Source: an uncultured archaeon (GTDB lineage Archaea > Iainarchaeota > Iainarchaeia > Iainarchaeales > CSSED10-239). From it: a DNA stretch of 9,968 nucleotides. Shown here in pieces: positions 6,743-9,968 of the stretch; position 1 is the stretch's first letter; every line of letters starts with the position of its first letter. A program made the translations under genes and the position numbers. Below the pieces are notes generated by a model. That model saw only the letters and a list, made by a program, of their open reading frames with translations. It searched no databases and was not told the origin of the DNA. Location: assembly GCA_964591795.1 (NCBI GenBank), contig CAZQEL010000024.1, forward strand, positions 1 through 9,968, read 5' to 3'.

Positions 6743-6766
6743 TATTAATGGGTAAATTGTGGTAGT

Positions 6767-7690
6767 GTGAATAAAACAATTGTTGAATTTATATCTAAAA
6801 ATGAAATTGTAAGTAACTCAGAAATATTTGAATTTATAGAAGATAATTATGCTAGTTTATTAGATGCAGGTTCTAATTTAGCTGCTAATAAAAAAAAAGT
6901 TTATAGACTATTAAAAAAGTTATGTGCAGAACCGAAATGTATTTTAAAATCTATAAATTATGAAGATGCAAAAATATATGGTTATAATAAGTCTAAAGGG
7001 CCTGGTAACATTCCACTATATTACTTATTGACAAATTCTAAGGCAAATTATGATGTATTATATTTATTAGTAGAAAATTTATTGAGTAGTAATAAATCAA
7101 AAGTAAAAATAGCTAAATTAATGTTAGAAAATAAAAAATTATTACCTTCTGAAATGGTGTTTTTATCTGAAAACTTAGTAAATCAATCAATCAATTTAGA
7201 GCTAAAATCTGAATTAATAAAGTTACTTGAATTTAATATAATTAATAAAAGTATAATTCCTTCAAATTCTAAATTTAAAATTAATATATTTAATTTTTTT
7301 AATGATTTTCTATCTTTAGATATTATAGAGGATGTTAAAGATATTTCAGTCTATCCTTCAGAATATAATTATAAACTTATTTCAAGAAAAGGAGTTATAG
7401 CTATATTATCTATTTTTGATTTTGATTTGGTTTTAAAGTTATTAAAAAGAGATTTAGAAAAATTAAATGATTACAATGATAATAACTCTAATGATCTGTT
7501 TAATAAATCATTAATAGTAAATGAGACTTATACTCAAAAAGGGGTTAGTAAATTAATTTATATTGATAATATGCATTTGTTATTAGATATACTAGATGAT
7601 ATTACAGATAAATATCCTAAACTTAAAAATATTTTGTATACATTAGTTACAGACTTAAAAACTAATTGTAAAATGGATTTAAATGATTGA
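6767..7690 (+). CDS. Hypothetical protein with an N-terminal winged-helix-like domain (307 aa)
   Basis: GTG start, which is the only canonical start in the open frame. The N-terminus (IVEFISKNEIVSNSEIFEFIEDNY...KKKVYRLLKKLCAE) resembles a wHTH. The rest is helical and Leu/Asn/Lys-rich. Its end overlaps the next ORF by 8 nt. Confidence 0.55.
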   Translation: MNKTIVEFISKNEIVSNSEIFEFIEDNYASLLDAGSNLAANKKKVYRLLKKLCAEPKCILKSINYEDAKIYGYNKSKGPGNIPLYYLLTNSKANYDVLYLLVENLLSSNKSKVKIAKLMLENKKLLPSEMVFLSENLVNQSINLELKSELIKLLEFNIINKSIIPSNSKFKINIFNFFNDFLSLDIIEDVKDISVYPSEYNYKLISRKGVIAILSIFDFDLVLKLLKRDLEKLNDYNDNNSNDLFNKSLIVNETYTQKGVSKLIYIDNMHLLLDILDDITDKYPKLKNILYTLVTDLKTNCKMDLND

Positions 7691-7949
7691 AAATAAGAAG
7701 AGAATGGAAATAACTTTAGATAATTATACGTATAAATATCTTAAAGAGAAGAAGATTAATGCATCTAAACTTATAAGACAATTGCTTAGAGTAGCTTTAT
7801 TTAGTGCATCTAACAATGACACTAACGGCACAAACTCGTGGTTAAAGCGCCAGACTCATAATCTGGAGACCGCCAGTCCAAATCTGGCTCGAGGCACTTT
7901 TATTCTTTTTTTAATTCAACAGATTCATTTAAAATATGTTTTAAATTAA
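7683..7949 (+). CDS. Ribbon-helix-helix (CopG-like) protein whose ORF continues through the tRNA fragment
   Basis: MEITLDNYTYKYLKEKKINASKLIRQLLRVAL is a typical RHH core (about nt 7704-7803). From about codon 52 onward the frame translates tRNA-derived and flanking DNA, so the annotated C-terminus is probably fortuitous or chimeric. Confidence 0.5.
   Translation: MIENKKRMEITLDNYTYKYLKEKKINASKLIRQLLRVALFSASNNDTNGTNSWLKRQTHNLETASPNLARGTFILFLIQQIHLKYVLN
7836..7896 (+). tRNA. Partial (3' about 58 nt) tRNA-Met, anticodon CAT. Pseudo-tRNA or att-site remnant.
   Basis: Anticodon arm: CCAGA (7850-7854), loop CTCATAA with CAT at 7857-7859, TCTGG (7862-7866). Variable loop AGACC. T arm: GCCAG (7872-7876), TCCAAAT, CTGGC (7884-7888). 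3' acceptor strand TCGAGGC (7889-7895) with discriminator A at 7896. The upstream TGGTTAAAGCG resembles the 3' side of a D arm. The complementary 5' acceptor strand GCCTCGA is absent from the whole window, and the T loop has C where the conserved U55 is expected. Confidence 0.6.
7897..7912 (+). terminator. Oligo-T tract after the tRNA fragment
   Basis: CTTTTATTCTTTTTTT directly follows the discriminator base. This fits an archaeal-type poly-T termination signal of the original tRNA gene. Confidence 0.3.
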
Positions 7950-7971
7950 TATTTATAAAACGTGTTTTTGT

Positions 7972-8589
7972 ATGATTAAAAAAAATAAAATTTTTAAAGA
8001 TAATTATTGTAATAAAAATTTATTTGTGTATTCTATTTTATTTACAATGTTATTTGTAATTTTATTTATTTTAATGAAATTAAATATTTCCACTAAACTA
8101 GATGTGGTTATTAATTTATTTTTTGTAAGTATTCAAACAAACTTTTTAGTTTCATTATTTTTAATAATTACTGAACTTGGTTCATCTATTTTTGTAGGTA
8201 TAGTGTCTATATTTGTTGCAATTTATTTATATGTAAACAAATCATTTAAAGCATTAAAAATATTTATTTCTGCAATTGTTATTGAACTTGGAGTTGTTTA
8301 TATTTTAAAGCATCTTATTTCAAGAATAAGACCATTTAATACTTTAAAAACACTTTTTAGTTTTCCAAGTGGTCATGCTGCAATTTCAATTGTATTTTTA
8401 GGATTTATTAGTTGGTTTTTTTGGAATAAAAATAAATTTGTAAGTTATACTATGTGGGTTTTAATACTATTAATTGGTATTTCACGTCTTGTTCTTAACA
8501 TGCATTGGTTTACTGATGTTTTAGCAGGTTATGCAATAGGCCTTGCAATATTATCTTTTTGTGTTTTCTTTTATAATAATTATTTTTGA
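7972..8589 (+). CDS. PAP2-family (type 2 phosphatidic acid / polyprenyl-diphosphate) phosphatase, integral membrane protein
   Basis: All three PAP2 signature motifs are present: KHLISRIRP (KxxxxxxRP), PSGH, and SRLVLNMHWFTDV (SRxxxxxHxxxD). Several hydrophobic helices are visible. Stop is TGA. Confidence 0.85.
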   Translation: MIKKNKIFKDNYCNKNLFVYSILFTMLFVILFILMKLNISTKLDVVINLFFVSIQTNFLVSLFLIITELGSSIFVGIVSIFVAIYLYVNKSFKALKIFISAIVIELGVVYILKHLISRIRPFNTLKTLFSFPSGHAAISIVFLGFISWFFWNKNKFVSYTMWVLILLIGISRLVLNMHWFTDVLAGYAIGLAILSFCVFFYNNYF

Positions 8590-8612
8590 TTGTTTTTAAA
8601 AAAATCAAAACT

Positions 8613-8645
8613 TTTATAAATAAAATGTACCCTAATATTATTAGG
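8613..8645 (+). promoter_or_regulatory. TTTATAAA box plus a 15-nt perfect palindrome upstream of a mini-ORF
   Basis: TTTATAAA at 8613-8620. CCTAATA-T-TATTAGG at 8631-8645 sits where a transcription start would be expected. GGTGA at 8648-8652 precedes the ATG at 8657. Confidence 0.35.
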
Positions 8646-8656
8646 ATGGTGAAGAT

Positions 8657-8725
8657 ATGAAACAAATATATGTTACAAATTTTTATTTAAATAATACTTC
8701 TATTTTCGTCAGACGGCACCAATAG
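8657..8725 (+). CDS. 22-codon mini-ORF (MKQIYVTNFYLNNTSIFVRRHQ), either a leader peptide or noise
   Basis: It has an upstream TATA-like box and a GGTGA motif. Its TAG stop overlaps a 7-bp hairpin (TAGACTA 8723-8729 / TAGTCTA 8739-8745) that is followed by a T-rich run. Confidence 0.2.
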   Translation: MKQIYVTNFYLNNTSIFVRRHQ

Positions 8726-8822
8726 ACTAAAATATTAATAGTCTAATTTTTCGTTTTATAATTTATATTTAGTTTTTAGTATATTTATCTCTAATTCTAG
8801 ATATATTTATAATTTTAGACTG

Positions 8823-8840
8823 TAACGATAGCTATCGTTA
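8823..8840. promoter_or_regulatory. 18-bp perfect palindrome (TAACGATAGCTATCGTTA), candidate operator of the radical SAM gene
   Basis: Its halves TAACGATAG and CTATCGTTA are exact reverse complements. It abuts the A/T box TATAAAAAAATAAATA. It lies 28 nt upstream of the ATG at 8868, and GGTGA is at 8857-8861. Confidence 0.4.
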
Positions 8841-8867
8841 TAAAAAAATAAATATTGGTGATTAAAA

Positions 8868-9903
8868 ATGCAAATGAATGAAAATAATAAACTAAAAAAA
8901 ATGCAAATGTATCTTTTGAATGCAGAAGAAAATGCACTTCCCAAAGATGCATATTTACAAGTAGATTTTGCATGTAATGCTAAATGTATTATGTGTGATA
9001 TTTGGAAAAATCCTTTTATTGGTGATACGGTTTTGTTATATTCAATAATAGATAAACTTTCAAATCTAAATTTTGAATATATTACTCTTTGGGGTGGCGA
9101 ACCTTTACTTCATCCAAAAATCGATGATTTGATTGTTTATGCGAAAAATAAAGGTTTAAAGGTTCAAATGATAACAAATGGTTCACTATTAGATGAACAT
9201 ATTGATGTAATTTGTGAGCATGTTAATAATTTAGTTGTTTCAATTGACTCTGGTAATGCAAGTATACACGATGATATTAGAAATAAACCCAGGCATTTTT
9301 TCATTAGCTGTTAATGGTATTAAGGAATTATTAGCAAAGGAAAAACATCCAAATATTGAAATTGATTGTACAATATTAAATGAAAATATATCTAGTCTTG
9401 AAAGTATTGTAAAACTTTCAAAAGATCTTGGTGGTGTTTTTGTTGATTTTGATCCAGTTCAAATTTTAGGTGTTGGTAATAATTCAAAATATAAATTTCA
9501 ATCAGATATTTCTGGAGTTTTTAAAATGCAAGAACTTGCAAAAAAATATAATATAGAAATAACAAGCCCTGAAAAAATGAAATTGATTGAAAAATATTTG
9601 AAAAATCAAAATATTGTTATGCCTTGCTATAGTTATTGTAAAGATATGTTAATTTCACCTAAAGGAGATGTTCATACTTGTTGGACTATTGGTGAGGTTA
9701 TTGGTAATGTTTTAGATAATGATTTTGTTAATCTTTGGTATAAGGCTTTAGCTAAAAACAAAGATGTTCTTACTGGTAATAAAAAAGAATGTTTTGGTTG
9801 TGGTTTTAGTCATAGCAGAATGCCTGATGTTGGTTATTCACATATTGTTGAAAAAGCAAATCAAATACGTTTAGCACATATTGAATCAAAATCGTTTAAG
9901 TAA
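8868..9903 (+). pseudogene. Radical SAM enzyme with a C-terminal SPASM/twitch-like Cys domain, split by one frameshift near 9285-9291
   Basis: CNAKCIMC is the CxxxCxxC 4Fe-4S/SAM motif. WGGEPLLHP is the SAM-binding GGE motif. The C-terminal segment CYSYCKDMLISPKGDVHTC...ECFGC has the G-x4-C and CxxC auxiliary-cluster pattern. The two track ORFs (8868-9314 and 9235-9903) join into about 345 aa reading ...IHDDIRNK-PGIFSLAVNGIKELL... if one base is removed from AAACCC (9285-9290). Confidence 0.8.
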
Positions 9904-9945
9904 ATGATCTAATTTGGTCATTTTCTTTTTTTTATTTTTTAGTTC
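9904..9945 (+). terminator. T-rich terminator-like region after the radical SAM gene
   Basis: A weak hairpin (ATGATC...GGTCAT) is followed by TTTTCTTTTTTTTATTTTTT. Confidence 0.3.
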
Positions 9946-9968
9946 TGTTTTTAAATGTTTTATATTAT

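Larger units (their letters stand above)
4061..7896. mobile_element. Right-hand part of a putative integrated plasmid- or provirus-like element (replication and regulation modules ending at a partial tRNA-Met copy)
   Basis: It combines a replicative-type ATPase, three small HTH/wHTH/RHH DNA-binding proteins, a divergent control region, and a 3' tRNA fragment at the right edge. Housekeeping-type genes follow. The left boundary and an integrase are not visible in the window. Confidence 0.45.

Noticed and set aside
7785-7898. Possibility that the tRNA-Met is intact, intron-containing, or a Nanoarchaeum-type split half
   Set aside because: No sequence upstream can form a 7-bp acceptor stem with TCGAGGC in the register fixed by the T arm. 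The candidate D-stem partner GCTT (7794-7797) is not preceded by a compatible acceptor strand. The complementarity between AGTGCATC (7803-7810) and GAGGCACT (7891-7898) is out of register. Split tRNA halves break next to the anticodon, whereas this piece contains the entire anticodon arm. A covariance-model scan would settle it.
7952-7959. TTTATAAA box as the promoter of the PAP2 gene start at 7972
   Set aside because: The box is only about 13-20 nt from the ATG. An archaeal transcription start about 25 nt downstream of the box would fall inside the ORF. Either the true start is a downstream Met or the box is fortuitous, so I left it unannotated.
8657-9903. Mini-ORF plus radical SAM/SPASM enzyme as a RiPP precursor-maturase pair
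   Set aside because: The CxxxCxxC motif starts at about residue 36, which leaves no room for the N-terminal RRE peptide-binding domain typical of RiPP maturases. The 22-aa peptide has no Cys, no repeated core motif and no leader-like features. No transporter or protease gene is adjacent within the window. The idea cannot be excluded without comparative data, but nothing here supports it.
1-9968. UGA-as-sense (code 4) decoding, suggested by the extreme AT-richness
   Set aside because: TGA ends three ORFs at sensible positions: 445-447, 7688-7690 and 8587-8589. The last comes just after the final TM helix of a complete PAP2 domain. No gene appears truncated at a TGA.
1-9968. CRISPR arrays or other long interspersed repeats
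   Set aside because: I saw no regularly spaced direct repeats of 24-40 nt. The only convincing repeats are the in-frame coding duplications and the short operator-like motifs listed above. Many short A/T-only repeats are expected from base composition.

Overview
Very AT-rich window (about one quarter G+C by eye). It looks archaeal, either methanogen-like or DPANN-like. TTTATAAA boxes sit upstream of several starts, Shine-Dalgarno motifs of the GGTGA/AGGAG type are present, and TAA is the main stop with TGA also used as a stop.

Left to right:
1. A plus-strand three-gene cluster at 136-2283. It encodes a small basic protein, a 467-aa cysteine-rich surface protein with a DUF4352-like beta-sandwich and internal tandem repeats, and a small membrane protein.
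2. A 510-nt stretch with no intact gene.
3. A 2H-phosphoesterase (LigT-like) gene on the minus strand.
4. A small ribbon-helix-helix-like ORF, then a 28-aa hydrophobic mini-ORF, then a start-less ORF fragment.
5. A minus-strand module at 6580-4061 made of a hypothetical protein, a P-loop ATPase with a C-terminal zinc ribbon, and an HTH protein. This resembles a plasmid or provirus replication module.
6. A divergent control region, then a winged-helix protein and an overlapping RHH ORF. The RHH ORF reads straight into a 3' partial tRNA-Met(CAT) copy at about 7836-7896. I read this copy as an att-type boundary of an integrated element. No integrase and no second att copy are visible.
7. A PAP2 phosphatase gene.
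8. A structured leader region with a 22-codon ORF and perfect palindromes.
9. A radical SAM / SPASM-twitch gene split by a single frameshift.

The observations most worth follow-up are these:
- An in-frame TAG lies between an ATGA-coupled start plus a textbook signal-anchor and the body of the Cys-rich protein.
- The tRNA-fragment element boundary.
- A 2H phosphoesterase in accessory context.
- The number of interrupted genes in only 10 kb.

All functional calls come from motif recognition by eye. No database search was run.
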